Source of the DNA: an uncultured archaeon
GTDB lineage: Archaea > Thermoproteota > Nitrososphaeria > Nitrososphaerales > Gagatemarchaeaceae
Direction of reading: 5' to 3'
Length of the DNA: 64,000 bases
Assembly (NCBI GenBank): GCA_963817525.1
Contig: CAWFOU010000007.1
Span: 928,001-992,000, forward strand
Shown here: positions 8,734 through 18,288 of the stretch, one piece after another
How the letters are laid out: each line of letters opens with the position of its first letter
How positions within the stretch are numbered: the first letter of the stretch is position 1
Position numbers and translations under genes: made by a program
The notes under the pieces: generated by a model
Databases searched by the model: none
The model's input: only the letters and a program-made list of their open reading frames with translations
What the model was told of the DNA's origin: nothing

Positions 8734-10317
8734 TTGACGAGACCTCGGCGTCGGAAGCCAGAACTGATGCAAAAGGAAAGCGCGGCAAGAGAGCGCAGCC
8801 GTCTTTCCACGGGGGTCGAGGGCCTGGATGGGTTGCTCTCGGGCGGTCTCCCGGAGGGAAGCATGATCGTGGTGAGCGGGCGACCGGGGACGGGTAAGAC
8901 GTTGCTTGCCTCGCAGTTCCTCTACGAAGGAGCGACCCATCGTGAGATGAGCCTCTACGTCTCCTTTGCGGAGACGACGGACCAGTTCCTTGCCAACATG
9001 GAGCAGTTCGGGCTGCGGTTCGGCAGGCTGATGAAGGAGCAGACATTCGCCTTCATGGACCTTACCGCCCTTGCTCCAGAAGGGGTCTCCGACGCACTCG
9101 ACTTGATAGTGGAACAGGTCGCGATCACAAAGGCGAAGCGGCTCGTCATCGACTCTTTCTCCTCGCTCGCGCAAGCCTTCGACAAGCTGATAGACGCGAG
9201 AATAGCGCTTCACGTAGTGTTCGGGAAGCTCGTGCACGACCTCGGATGCACGACGATGGTGTTGACGGAGATGCCCTTCGGCGAGGACAGGATCGGGCTG
9301 GGAATCGAGGAGTTTGTCGCAGACGGGATCATCGTGATGGACGTGGAGTCACGGAAAGGGAACCCGAGGCGCGCCATCAGCATAAGAAAGATGAGGGGCA
9401 CCGACATAACCCTCCGCCCCAGCTCCTACGAGATCAACAAGGGCGGGATAACCGTCTTCCCCGCGATTGCGCCCATGCGTAAGCTGAGCGTCCGGAGCAC
9501 TAGGGTCCCCACGGGGATTCCTGGATTCGATGCGCTCGTGGAGGGCGGGCTGTTGGAGAGGAGCGTCACCGGATTGGTGGGGGCCGCCGGGACCGGAAAG
9601 ACCACCTTCGGGATACAGTTCGTCTACTCCGGAGCCAAGGACTTTCGAGAAAAGGGGTTGTTCCTGTCATTCAGCGAATCGAGCGACCAGATAGGGCTCG
9701 TCGCCCGCAAGCTGGGGATGAGCCGCCTTGACGACCTGCAGAGGCGCGGAATGTTGAGGATGGAGACCATCATACCGGAGCTCTACACCCTTGAGGGGCT
9801 GGTGGCCCTTCTGCAGAGGCTTCTGGAGGAGGCCAACCCAAGGCGCGTCGTGCTCGACGACGTGACTGCGCTTGAAGCCATAACCGACGAAGACGAGTTC
9901 TATCGTCTGCTGAACACGATGGCGAAGCTGACCCAGCAGAAGGGCGCGACGCTGGTTATCTCGATCACCACCAACGAGCTGGCCGGAACCTCGATCACAG
10001 GAAAGTCGGTCTCCACCGTGATGGACGGCATCGTAATGCTCCGCTATGTTGAGCTGGAGGGTGCGATGGCCAGGACGATGGTCGTCCTCAAGTTGCGCGC
10101 GACGAAGCACGACAATTCGATTAGGAAGTTCGTCATAGCCAAGGGGGGGATCGAGGTTGAATCGGCTTTCCGGGGCTATTCGGGTTTGATGTCGGGCGAG
10201 GCCAGGCGGATGCTCGCGGATTTTGAGGAGGGAGAGGAAAAGATTGCTGCGAGGGAGACGGTCAGGAAGTTGGAGAGAAGGAAGGCGTTCGACAAGAGAA
10301 TTGAGGCAAAGGGGTGA
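8734..10317 (+). CDS. kaiC: Double-domain KaiC-like ATPase
   Basis: Two Walker A motifs (GRPGTGKT, GAAGTGKT), GIEEFVADGII, IRKMRG/LKLRA, and SVSTVMDGIVMLRYVE at the KaiC Ser-Thr phosphosite position. Confidence 0.88.
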   Translation: MTRPRRRKPELMQKESAARERSRLSTGVEGLDGLLSGGLPEGSMIVVSGRPGTGKTLLASQFLYEGATHREMSLYVSFAETTDQFLANMEQFGLRFGRLMKEQTFAFMDLTALAPEGVSDALDLIVEQVAITKAKRLVIDSFSSLAQAFDKLIDARIALHVVFGKLVHDLGCTTMVLTEMPFGEDRIGLGIEEFVADGIIVMDVESRKGNPRRAISIRKMRGTDITLRPSSYEINKGGITVFPAIAPMRKLSVRSTRVPTGIPGFDALVEGGLLERSVTGLVGAAGTGKTTFGIQFVYSGAKDFREKGLFLSFSESSDQIGLVARKLGMSRLDDLQRRGMLRMETIIPELYTLEGLVALLQRLLEEANPRRVVLDDVTALEAITDEDEFYRLLNTMAKLTQQKGATLVISITTNELAGTSITGKSVSTVMDGIVMLRYVELEGAMARTMVVLKLRATKHDNSIRKFVIAKGGIEVESAFRGYSGLMSGEARRMLADFEEGEEKIAARETVRKLERRKAFDKRIEAKG

Positions 10318-10324
10318 GGCGTTT

Positions 10325-10681
10325 GTGAGCGAAGCCAATGGGGAGGGTTCCGATTACAGGACCATCTACCAGAATGCGACCACTTTTGCGTTTCAAGCCC
10401 TAGGAAGCCAGATCTCAAGGGTAGTCGCAAACTACGTTTCGAGAAAGTACGGGATGACTATAGCTGACACCTTCTCAAAGCCGGAGTCGCTGGCCGAGGC
10501 GCTCGAAGGCACTCTGGGTGCGGGCGGACTGCTGATCGAGCGGCGAATCGTAAAGTCAATCTACCTTCAGCTCTCATCGCCCCTGAGCGAATCCGACATT
10601 CGGCTGAGAACGAGCCAGGATTTCGAGAGATATGTCGTCGAATCTCAGGCACTTCTCCAAAAGAATCACAGACACGAGTGA
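10325..10681 (+). CDS. Small KaiC-associated helical protein (DUF3227-like)
   Basis: GTG 7 bp after the kaiC stop; LGSQISRVVANYVSRKYG...KPESLAEALEGTLGAGGLLIERRIVKSIY, same pattern as 6144..6449. Confidence 0.7.
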   Translation: MSEANGEGSDYRTIYQNATTFAFQALGSQISRVVANYVSRKYGMTIADTFSKPESLAEALEGTLGAGGLLIERRIVKSIYLQLSSPLSESDIRLRTSQDFERYVVESQALLQKNHRHE

Positions 10682-10725
10682 ACGTAAAATCGGTCCTCTT
10701 CGGCCTTGAACCTAGCAGGGAGCAC

Positions 10726-11301
10726 CTAACTACTCTTTTCTTCTTCGTGATTGGCAAGCACGGTGCAGCCGAATGTCGATATCTCGGCGCTCGTCTTCAA
10801 GCCCAGAAACGAGGAGAGCAGGCTTGAGATGAACTCCGAGATGAATATCGACCACTTTATGCCCATGTCCTGCTTTACCAGGACTTCCACACCGCCGTCC
10901 TCCCTCCTGAGGGTCTTCACGTCGCCCCAGTGCATGTAGTGATCCAACATGTCGAGGAACTTGAACAGCGTCTCAGGGTCGAGGTTTCCAAAACGGAACT
11001 TGAGGAAGTCCCGCGTTGACACCACGGCAATGCTCCTAGCGATGTCGCCGGTCTTCTCCTCGTCAAGGTCCTCGATCATGGCTATCAGGACCAGCCTGTC
11101 TAGGGTGACGAACCCGCTCCCTTTGGCGGCGTAGTTCGACCAGTCGAAGTACTCCCTCAATAGGCGGTTTATGAAACTGCTCGGAGTGATCCCCTGCTTG
11201 TCTGCCTGCGAGACCACGGCCTCGTCCAATGCCTCGGTTATCTTGAACGCCCTTGTGACCTTCTTCCCCGCCGACCGCGCGGACGCTCGGTGGCCGTCCA
11301 T
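10726..11301 (-). CDS. Ribbon-helix-helix regulator with C-terminal sensor-like domain
   Basis: KVTRAFKITEALDEAVVSQADKQGITPSSFINRLLREY RHH; C-terminal KQDMGIKWSIFISEF. Confidence 0.7.
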   Translation of the reverse strand: MDGHRASARSAGKKVTRAFKITEALDEAVVSQADKQGITPSSFINRLLREYFDWSNYAAKGSGFVTLDRLVLIAMIEDLDEEKTGDIARSIAVVSTRDFLKFRFGNLDPETLFKFLDMLDHYMHWGDVKTLRREDGGVEVLVKQDMGIKWSIFISEFISSLLSSFLGLKTSAEISTFGCTVLANHEEEKSS

Positions 11302-11395
11302 CTCGACCGCCGACGGCGAACAGGCCCATTAAACATTGCTTCAGGTTACCGACGACTCGTCCAAGGCGAGGGCTAGCCTCCTGCGCGCCGGTCAG

Positions 11396-12970
11396 CTAAG
11401 GTGACATTTCCAACGCGTAGACCGTCTCGTCCGCGGCAAACAGCAGGAGGCCGTCCCCCACCGAGGGCGTGGAGAAGTGCGCCAGAGAGTCGGGGACCAT
11501 GTCGCTGCTCAGGTTGACCTGGGCCATCAGAGTGCCGTGCTCCGGATTGAGAGCAAACAGGGTCCCGTTGTAGATGTCGACCGTCCAAACGGCCCCGCCC
11601 GCGACGATGGGAGGTCCTGCGTAGAAATCAGTGTAGTTCCAGAGCGACGTCAGGCTCGGGTGGGCCCCTCCGGTCACCGCGACGGCGTGGATGCCGTCTA
11701 TGCACGGGATGTAGACTATCCCCGAGGCGTACGCGGTGCTCCCCCAGGCGCCGCCTTCGCAGACGGTAAGGCTGGCCAGCTGGCCTCCGATTCCTCCCAA
11801 GTCAGAGGAGTTCAACAGGTAGCCGATTCCCTCCTTGCCTATGGAGAATATCAGGTTCCCGGGGAGCAGCGTGGCTCCTGTCGTGCTGAGGTCCAAGTCG
11901 TCTTGGTCGAGCGTGAGGAAGTTGGTGGGCGAGAAGTATCCGACGACCGAGAGGTCGGGGGTCAGCTTGATCACGCTGACCCCGTAGTCGAAGGGCCCGG
12001 TCGTGTCGCTGTTCCCAGTCACCGCGTAGAGGAACCCAGAGCTGTCGACGGACAGCCCCTCAGCCTCCCAGATGTCGGCTTCCCCGCTCGACGGGACCTC
12101 GTAGGAGTAGGTGGTCCCATTCCCGTTGTCCGCGTATGCGACCACCCAGCCATGAGGTATCCCCGTGCAGACGTAGGAGAACCCGCCGAAGGCAACGTAG
12201 ACCATCCCGTTCGCCAGGGTGAGCGCCGCCCGCTGGTCCTGGTTGGTGTAGTTGAGGCCGGTCTCGCTCACCATCGTGCTCCACCTCACCTGGCCGTCAC
12301 CCGTGCTCAGGGCGAACAACCGATAGCCGGTGTCATTGAGCAGGGCAACGACGTAGATGGTGCCCGTCGCGGGGTCGATCACAGGCGTTCCGGTGATTCC
12401 GGCCAACGGGTTGATGCTCGGAATAGCGCCATTGTCGCATTCGTAGGGAGGCGCTGTGGTGTTGGCGGGAGTCCCGAGATGCTCCGACCACTCCACCGCG
12501 CCGTCGGTCGCCGAGAGGGCGTAGACCGTGTCGTTCTCGGTAGCGACGTAGACTGAGCCGTTGAAGGACAGCGGCTCGGCATAGACCGGCCCGTCGACCA
12601 CGCGGTTCCACTTGACCGACGGAGAGGTGACGTTCGCGAGAGACGTATCGTACCCGTCTCGCGCGTTATCGGCGTGATAAGTGAGCCAATCCCCCGCCAG
12701 CGAGACCGAGCTCGTCGTGTTGCTCGTGGACGCGGCCGCCGAGGAGCTGGTTTGCGATGAGGAGGTGGCTTGCGATGAGGAGCTGGCTTGCGATGAGGAG
12801 CCGGCTTGCGATGAGGAGGACGTGGACGAGGACGTGGACGAGGACGTGCTCTCCTTTAGGGACGAAGGCGTCGCGAGGACACCGGATACCAAGATAAGCG
12901 CCACGACAGCCACAACAATGACCGTCCCCGCGACATAACCTGTCTTCTTACGCCTGTTTGAGGTTGTCAG
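11396..12970 (-). CDS. Secreted/anchored PQQ-like beta-propeller repeat protein with Ser-rich linker
   Basis: DWLTYHADNARDG, repeated VYALSATDGAVEW, GITGTPVIDP; frame is open upstream of the track start (12913) to CTG at 12970, adding a basic n-region (NRRKKTG). Confidence 0.8.
   Translation of the reverse strand: MTTSNRRKKTGYVAGTVIVVAVVALILVSGVLATPSSLKESTSSSTSSSTSSSSQAGSSSQASSSSQATSSSQTSSSAAASTSNTTSSVSLAGDWLTYHADNARDGYDTSLANVTSPSVKWNRVVDGPVYAEPLSFNGSVYVATENDTVYALSATDGAVEWSEHLGTPANTTAPPYECDNGAIPSINPLAGITGTPVIDPATGTIYVVALLNDTGYRLFALSTGDGQVRWSTMVSETGLNYTNQDQRAALTLANGMVYVAFGGFSYVCTGIPHGWVVAYADNGNGTTYSYEVPSSGEADIWEAEGLSVDSSGFLYAVTGNSDTTGPFDYGVSVIKLTPDLSVVGYFSPTNFLTLDQDDLDLSTTGATLLPGNLIFSIGKEGIGYLLNSSDLGGIGGQLASLTVCEGGAWGSTAYASGIVYIPCIDGIHAVAVTGGAHPSLTSLWNYTDFYAGPPIVAGGAVWTVDIYNGTLFALNPEHGTLMAQVNLSSDMVPDSLAHFSTPSVGDGLLLFAADETVYALEMSP
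12754..12846. repeat. Coding tandem repeat (about 4 x 18 bp GCGATGAGGAGNNGGCTT, then 12-bp GTGGACGAGGAC units)
   Basis: Visible directly; encodes the SSSQA/STSS linker. Confidence 0.8.
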
Positions 12971-13097
12971 CGGAAATCAATCTCTCGAAGCCTTTATGTT
13001 CGTTGATAAGGATTGTTCCAGACAAAAGAGAAATCACCCGCTCATACCCCCAAAGAGGGGGCGTGTTGGCGTGGATAGGACCGGGCGCGCGGCGACC

Positions 13098-13280
13098 CTA
13101 CGCTTGTGGGGTCGTTGTCGGCGCCGGCGATATCCAGGACGCGTCCTGGACCGGGTTGTTCACTTTTGCGGCGTCCGTGTTGCTCGCGTCATGGACTAGG
13201 TTGTGCTTGGCGAAAGTGTCCTCGTCTACGAAGACCGCTCCGCATGTAGTGCATTTGTATTCAGGTGACTGGGTTGCCAT
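13098..13280 (-). CDS. C2H2 zinc-finger microprotein
   Basis: YKCTTCGAVFVDEDTFAKHNLVH = C-x2-C-x12-H-x3-H. Confidence 0.8.
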   Translation of the reverse strand: MATQSPEYKCTTCGAVFVDEDTFAKHNLVHDASNTDAAKVNNPVQDASWISPAPTTTPQA

Positions 13281-13359
13281 AGCTTGCGACGGGCCCCAGC
13301 CTCATGCGCATTAGCCTACCCTGGTCCGGACCGCTTCTATGTAGCGGAGAACCCTTTCT

Positions 13360-13722
13360 CTATTTTCCGCCGTTGTGGCGGGAGGTGTGCCTCACAACGC
13401 GCCGGCTGCCCCTGGTGATCGCGAAGAGCAGGATTGCCCCTACCCCGGCCATCCCGAGGCCGACGACGCCCCAAGCGGAAGCGGGGCCGACGATCGGGCT
13501 CAGGTACCTGACGAGGCCGACCAGCGAGAATATGAGGCCGGCCGAGACCATCACCGCCCCCAGAAGGCCGATGGCCATCCCCTTGACGGCCCGCCGTACG
13601 AGACCGTCCGCGTAGGCCTCGATCTCTTGCCTCGCAGCGACGGCGTAGTCCTCGAGGTCCCTCTTCACGCGCTCCAGCACGTCGTCCACAAGGTCTTCGA
13701 CCACCTTGTAGACGAACGACAT
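13360..13722 (-). CDS. YqjE-like (holin-superfamily) membrane protein
   Basis: Charged helical N-terminus, two TM helices (PASAWGVVG), basic tail; 1 bp downstream of a DUF883-like gene. Confidence 0.65.
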   Translation of the reverse strand: MSFVYKVVEDLVDDVLERVKRDLEDYAVAARQEIEAYADGLVRRAVKGMAIGLLGAVMVSAGLIFSLVGLVRYLSPIVGPASAWGVVGLGMAGVGAILLFAITRGSRRVVRHTSRHNGGK

Positions 13723-13723
13723 T

Positions 13724-14047
13724 CTAGTCCTTGCTCTTTCGACCCAGAAACACGCCCAGGAGGACGCCCGCTATCACGCCAGCTCCGAGGGCGGCTCCCA
13801 CCGATGAGAACGGCTTCTGCCTGATTGCCTCTCTTCCTGGCTCGACGGTCTCGTCGATCTGCCTTCGCAGGCTTGAGAGCCCTTGCTCGAGCTCCTTCTT
13901 CAGAAAGTCAATGGACTCGTCTACGGCGCCGCTCACACCCTCACCTGCTTCCTCCCGGATGTCTTCGATTCGTCGCTCAAAGTCCCTCTTGAGCTCCTTT
14001 ATGCTGTCGTCCGTCGACTGGTGCTTACCGTTGGTCCTCGTTGACAA
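13724..14047 (-). CDS. DUF883/ElaB/YqjD-family tail-anchored protein
   Basis: Coiled coil followed by IRQKPFSSVGAALGAGVIAGVLLGVFLGRK signature. Confidence 0.8.
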   Translation of the reverse strand: MSTRTNGKHQSTDDSIKELKRDFERRIEDIREEAGEGVSGAVDESIDFLKKELEQGLSSLRRQIDETVEPGREAIRQKPFSSVGAALGAGVIAGVLLGVFLGRKSKD

Positions 14048-14162
14048 AGTTCATCAGTAGAAAAAGGCGTCTGCATATTTAGCGGGATAGAAGCTTTCTA
14101 CTGGTGGAATCCTTCATCGGCAGAGCTGACCTTGACCGGGCGAGTCAGTCACGGAGGGTCGA

Positions 14163-14492
14163 CTACGGCTCGAGTCCCTTCTCGTCGATGCTGAAAATCT
14201 CGGCTAGCTCGTTGTAGGACCGCATGAACTTCTTTCCCTTGTCCGTGGTCTTATAGAACGTCCTCTTTGGGTCCAGCGGGTCCTGCATAACCTCGATGAG
14301 ACCGCGGCTCACCACGAAGTCAAGATACTGCTGCACCTGTTTGGAGTTCAGGTTGCACTTGTACATTACGTGCGTCTTCAAAGTCTCCTGGTCGCATACC
14401 GTGAGAACGAGGTCGATTATCTCCAGCCAACCCCTGTTTCCCCAGCCAAGGACGCTCCTGCTCCCCATCTCTCTGGGGTTCTGTTCCATCAT
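14163..14492 (-). CDS. Small winged-helix regulator (HTH_45-like), copy A
   Basis: NRGWLEIIDLVL...KTHVMYKCNLNSKQVQQYLDFVVSRGLI...YKTTDKGKKF. Confidence 0.85.
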   Translation of the reverse strand: MMEQNPREMGSRSVLGWGNRGWLEIIDLVLTVCDQETLKTHVMYKCNLNSKQVQQYLDFVVSRGLIEVMQDPLDPKRTFYKTTDKGKKFMRSYNELAEIFSIDEKGLEP

Positions 14493-14494
14493 TC

Positions 14495-15202
14495 CTACCT
14501 TTTATTCCACACATGTTCGACCATTCCCTCCGGCTCCGGAACCCGAGCCGCAGAACGTGCCGCCTCTGAGACCTTCATCAACCTGAATTGCTTGTCCAGG
14601 CACAGCTTCACGACCTCGAAACTCTCGACGTAGTTGATGTGGGAGTTCAGCCTGCTCTGGAGCGCCCGGTACTCGGCGAGCCCCTTGATCGCGTTCGCCT
14701 TGAGGTATAGCTTCGCGTTCTGCGACCAGAATATCTCTATCAGCTCTACCTTCTCGTTGATCACGTCGGTGATGTCGTAGAACACCTGGGGCTCGAATTG
14801 CACGGTGAGCGGTATCTCGTAGGTTAGGATGTTGGAGGAGTTCCTTGCCGCCTCGAGAGTGGCCGTCCCGATGGCCCGGTGGTCATGGTGGACGTCCTTC
14901 TTCGAATGGGTGAAGATGACGTCGGGGTCCGCGAAGTTGACGTATGCCTCGATGCTGTTGATCAGCTCGGGACCCGGAGTGAGCTTCGTGTCCTCGTAGT
15001 CGTCGATCTTGAGGTCCTTGGCCCCGATGAACTTGGCAGATCTTTTGAGCTCCTCCGTCCTCTCGGTTGGTTTGCCGGACATGCCGCCCCTCGTCAGCGT
15101 GTACATGAACACGTTGTGGCCCTCTCTGGCGGCTTTGATGAGGGTCCCGCCGCATCCCAGCTCGATGTCGTCAGGATGGGCCCCTATCGCAAGGATGTTC
15201 AT
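14495..15202 (-). CDS. PIG-L/LmbE-family N-acetylhexosamine deacetylase
   Basis: AHPDDIELGCGGT and DVHHDH metal-binding motifs. Confidence 0.92.
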   Translation of the reverse strand: MNILAIGAHPDDIELGCGGTLIKAAREGHNVFMYTLTRGGMSGKPTERTEELKRSAKFIGAKDLKIDDYEDTKLTPGPELINSIEAYVNFADPDVIFTHSKKDVHHDHRAIGTATLEAARNSSNILTYEIPLTVQFEPQVFYDITDVINEKVELIEIFWSQNAKLYLKANAIKGLAEYRALQSRLNSHINYVESFEVVKLCLDKQFRLMKVSEAARSAARVPEPEGMVEHVWNKR

Positions 15203-15287
15203 CGAAAGTGGACTCCACGTTGTCTTATATTGCTGGTGGAATATTGTTAGCTAGGATTGGTGTAATCCGGCCGCCGCGTCCTGGCTC

Positions 15288-15992
15288 TCAAGCCCTCACG
15301 AGAGGCGTCCGGGTCCCCGCGTCGGGCGTCTTCATGCAGTCGGGTCCCAAGTTCGAGAGCATGTCGATTATCGACAGGTCAGGGACGAAGTCCGCAGTAA
15401 AGCGCTGCCTATAGGGAAGCGGCCGATAGTTCTGGTATACGACACTCAGGCCGTTCTTCGAGAAGGAGGCCTCATCCAGGTAGTTCTTCCCACCGCTGCC
15501 AGAGATGTACGTGTCGGCGCCCACGGCCTTGCAGGCGCTGATCAGCCTGTGCGTCGCCTTCCCGGTCACCTTCAGTTCTGACTCTCTCAGCATGGGGATC
15601 TTGATGCCCAACCAGTTCGCCGTCGCCTTTACGAGCTCGAAATCAAGGTCGAAGAGGAATTCCCAGTCCCTGCTGTAGACGGACCGGAGATAATCATCGT
15701 AGAGGTGGAAGAACGGGGCGTTGCAGTAGGAGGTCCGAATCTTCTTGAGGTGCTCAGGGCGCCAGTCGATCGAGTTGTTGATTCGCACGAGCTTGTTCGG
15801 CTGAAACTTGTCGTCCTTGACGATGGGCACGGAGATCCAGATGGGCCCCTGGGGGACGAGTATCCGATTCCTGTTGGTGAAGCGCTTGTCGTATTGGACG
15901 TCATCCATTATGACGAAGACGTCGGCCATGCTCAGCTTGTGAAAGAAACCCGGGTAGGGCAGGTACGCCGGCTGGTGGATTGCGACCCTCAT
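15288..15992 (-). CDS. wbqC: WbqC-family protein
   Basis: AIHQPAYLPYPGFFHK, DDVQY..FTNRNRI, YISGSGGKNYL, LSIIDML. Confidence 0.92.
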   Translation of the reverse strand: MRVAIHQPAYLPYPGFFHKLSMADVFVIMDDVQYDKRFTNRNRILVPQGPIWISVPIVKDDKFQPNKLVRINNSIDWRPEHLKKIRTSYCNAPFFHLYDDYLRSVYSRDWEFLFDLDFELVKATANWLGIKIPMLRESELKVTGKATHRLISACKAVGADTYISGSGGKNYLDEASFSKNGLSVVYQNYRPLPYRQRFTADFVPDLSIIDMLSNLGPDCMKTPDAGTRTPLVRA

Positions 15993-16019
15993 CTTTCTTC
16001 ACAAAGCCCAGTTTTCGCC

Positions 16020-16964
16020 CTAGACGGTCGCCGGCGGTGGGACAATCTCGAGGCCGAGATCCGTCCCGAGCAGCCCAGTGATCTCAGAAGCTCTCTTTCT
16101 GAGCGTTATCGTGGTGATCCCTGCAGCGAACGCTATCCTGATCTGCGTCGTGTACTGGGATGTCTGGCTCGCCGCCAGGTAGAGCGCCGCGGCTGCGATG
16201 GAGATCGGCCTCTTCCCCGCTAGGAGCGAGTCGTACTTTACCTGCTCCAAGATCTGGATGGCCCGCCTTTCTGTTATCCCACCAAGGCCGGCGCGGCTTG
16301 CTATCCTGGACACCTCGGATGCCGGGTCGAGGGAAGGCATGCGGAGACCCGCGCCCTTCATGAGGACCTTCGAATAGTGCCTGATGCTCTTCCTCTCGTG
16401 GAGGTCAGCTGTGTGCTCGATCTCCTCTGCCGACCGCGGGACGCCGCCCTCCTTGCACGCGAGATATACGGCAGCCTCGGCCAAGCCCACGATTGATCTT
16501 CGTCTGCCGCTTCCTTCCTCGATTCCCTTGCGGTAGATCTCGTAGGCCCTTTCGACGACACCCTTCCCGGCGGCTAACGAACCGCCGATGCGCTGGATCT
16601 CGCTGGCCGCCTTGGTCAGGTTCCTTCGGTTGGAGTCGCTCGCTATGGTCATGTTGTTCAACCGCCTGAGCCGGTTCATGTCTCCAACATCGACGATGTG
16701 CTTCCCTCTCGCGTCGAAGTCGCGGCTGTCTATCCTCGCCGGCAGCGAGACGTAGTACATCATGCTCGAATCCTCGTCCCCGCTCATGGAGCCCGACCTC
16801 TCTGAGCGCGAGCCGTAGGCCGCCGAAAAGGCAAGATCGTCGCTCCTGCTCACGGCCCCGCATGCTCCACAAACCTGCTCCCCCGTTTCGAAGTCTAAAA
16901 CCAAAACGGCCCTGCACTCTCCGCACTGCCCACTCTGCTTCCCTACCGTAGCGCTTACTTGCAC
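16020..16964 (-). CDS. tfb: Divergent transcription initiation factor IIB paralogue
   Basis: Zn ribbon CGEC...GEQVCGACG, two cyclin repeats (AAVYLACK, GKRPISIAAAALYLA), TQIRIAFAAGITTITLRKR; likely start GTG at 16964 rather than 17102. Confidence 0.88.
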   Translation of the reverse strand: MQVSATVGKQSGQCGECRAVLVLDFETGEQVCGACGAVSRSDDLAFSAAYGSRSERSGSMSGDEDSSMMYYVSLPARIDSRDFDARGKHIVDVGDMNRLRRLNNMTIASDSNRRNLTKAASEIQRIGGSLAAGKGVVERAYEIYRKGIEEGSGRRRSIVGLAEAAVYLACKEGGVPRSAEEIEHTADLHERKSIRHYSKVLMKGAGLRMPSLDPASEVSRIASRAGLGGITERRAIQILEQVKYDSLLAGKRPISIAAAALYLAASQTSQYTTQIRIAFAAGITTITLRKRASEITGLLGTDLGLEIVPPPATV

Positions 16965-17181
16965 AGAATATCCTGCCGCGCCCCTTCCATAAAAGGAGCC
17001 GGGCACACATCTCGATAGGATTTCAGAGTTACAATGCACCTGAACAGGGCTCTGGAGGCCCCTGTGCCGAGAAGAGAAGGCGCCGCACTTTCGACCCCGC
17101 AAAAGCCGACGGGCACAAACAGTTCACTAGAACATAGTCGCATTCCGCTAATATAGAGAAGTGACGGTAAAGTCTTCTAGA

Positions 17182-17487
17182 ATGAAATACAGGAGCAGGA
17201 CCGACATAATCGCGGTGATTTTGCAAGCCTCGGCGAACGGGGCGACAAAGACTAGGTTGATGTATGGCGCGTATCTGTCATACGCCCAAATCAAGGAATA
17301 CTTAGAGTACCTGACAGAGAGGCAAATGATCGCATTCGAGGCTGGGACGCGCGCCTACACGCTCACCGACCTAGGCCTCCGCTTCTTGAAGGCATACCAC
17401 GAAATAAGTGAGATAAGCGGGACGGTCTCTCTCAAGAGCGCCGAGAGTCCAGGTCTGGCCTTGCCTGCGGCCCCCGGCCAACCCTAG
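17182..17487 (+). CDS. Small winged-helix regulator (HTH_45-like), copy B, divergent from tfb
   Basis: MKYRSRTDIIAVIL...ATKTRLMYGAYLSYAQIKEYL; TAATATA about 30 bp upstream. Confidence 0.87.
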   Translation: MKYRSRTDIIAVILQASANGATKTRLMYGAYLSYAQIKEYLEYLTERQMIAFEAGTRAYTLTDLGLRFLKAYHEISEISGTVSLKSAESPGLALPAAPGQP

Positions 17488-17535
17488 CGCGAGGGGGTCG
17501 TCCGTCCGGCGGTCACCGCATCGACGTTCAAAGGC

Positions 17536-18288
17536 CTAGGGCTCGTGGTTGGGGACGGAGACCAAGGGGTTGGGGTATGCGAGGGCCGCAAGAGCGCTCG
17601 CGACAGCGGCCAGATAGGGTGGAAGAGAACCGTAGGGGTTTGGCAGCCCTGCGTCGGTGATGTAGATGTAGCCGACGTGCGGGGACACCAGGGACGGATA
17701 CGACTGGTCGACGCTCTGCACGCCGTAGGCTATTACGGCAAAGTTGGCCTTTGCGTATCGAGAATGCCAGTCTTCTAGACGGGTCATGCTCGGGAGGCCT
17801 TGGTTCTCGTAGATCACAATGGTGTCGACCGTCCCGATGTAGCTGGGCAGGGTGCTAGACCCGGGGTTGCCCACCGTGAAGTCGAGCCCGAGCGACCTTG
17901 AATATGCGCTCAGCTTCGAATAATAGCGCTCTTTGCCCGGGACGTTGGACATCTCGTCGAAGAAGATCCCGGTGATCGGGTACCAGCTCTTGTATTGGTT
18001 TACCATCGACTCGATTGTCGAGATGGGCTTCGACGCGTAACCCGTCGGGACGTAGCCGATGACCGTCACGCCTGCCGCTTGAAGGCCCAGGATGCCCGAG
18101 ACGTAGTTCGGGTCCAACCTCGACCCTGGTCCGCTATCCGGGTTGATTATGGCTACAATGGGGACGCCAGGATTCGCCTCCTTCACGGAGGTCACGCTGG
18201 CCCAGGTGGTTCCCGGATACGTGTAGAGGGGTATCATGATTCCTGTCGTGGAGGCCGAGGCCGAGGAGGGGGCTGATGCTGGGCGCAA
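17536..18288 (-). CDS. Spherulation-specific family 4 (spherulin-4/Sph3, GH135-like) glycoside hydrolase
   Basis: IPLYTYP, AIINPDSGPG, VIGYVPTGY, GIFFDE, VGNPG, IVIYE, YIYITD..LPNPY.SLP.Y. Confidence 0.9.
   Translation of the reverse strand: MRPASAPSSASASTTGIMIPLYTYPGTTWASVTSVKEANPGVPIVAIINPDSGPGSRLDPNYVSGILGLQAAGVTVIGYVPTGYASKPISTIESMVNQYKSWYPITGIFFDEMSNVPGKERYYSKLSAYSRSLGLDFTVGNPGSSTLPSYIGTVDTIVIYENQGLPSMTRLEDWHSRYAKANFAVIAYGVQSVDQSYPSLVSPHVGYIYITDAGLPNPYGSLPPYLAAVASALAALAYPNPLVSVPNHEP

Noticed and set aside
8734-10317. Canonical circadian clock
   Set aside because: No kaiA or kaiB in the window, so oscillation cannot be claimed.
13360-13722. Provirus suggested by the holin-like protein
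   Set aside because: Its context is the DUF883/YqjE pair; there are no viral structural or replication genes.
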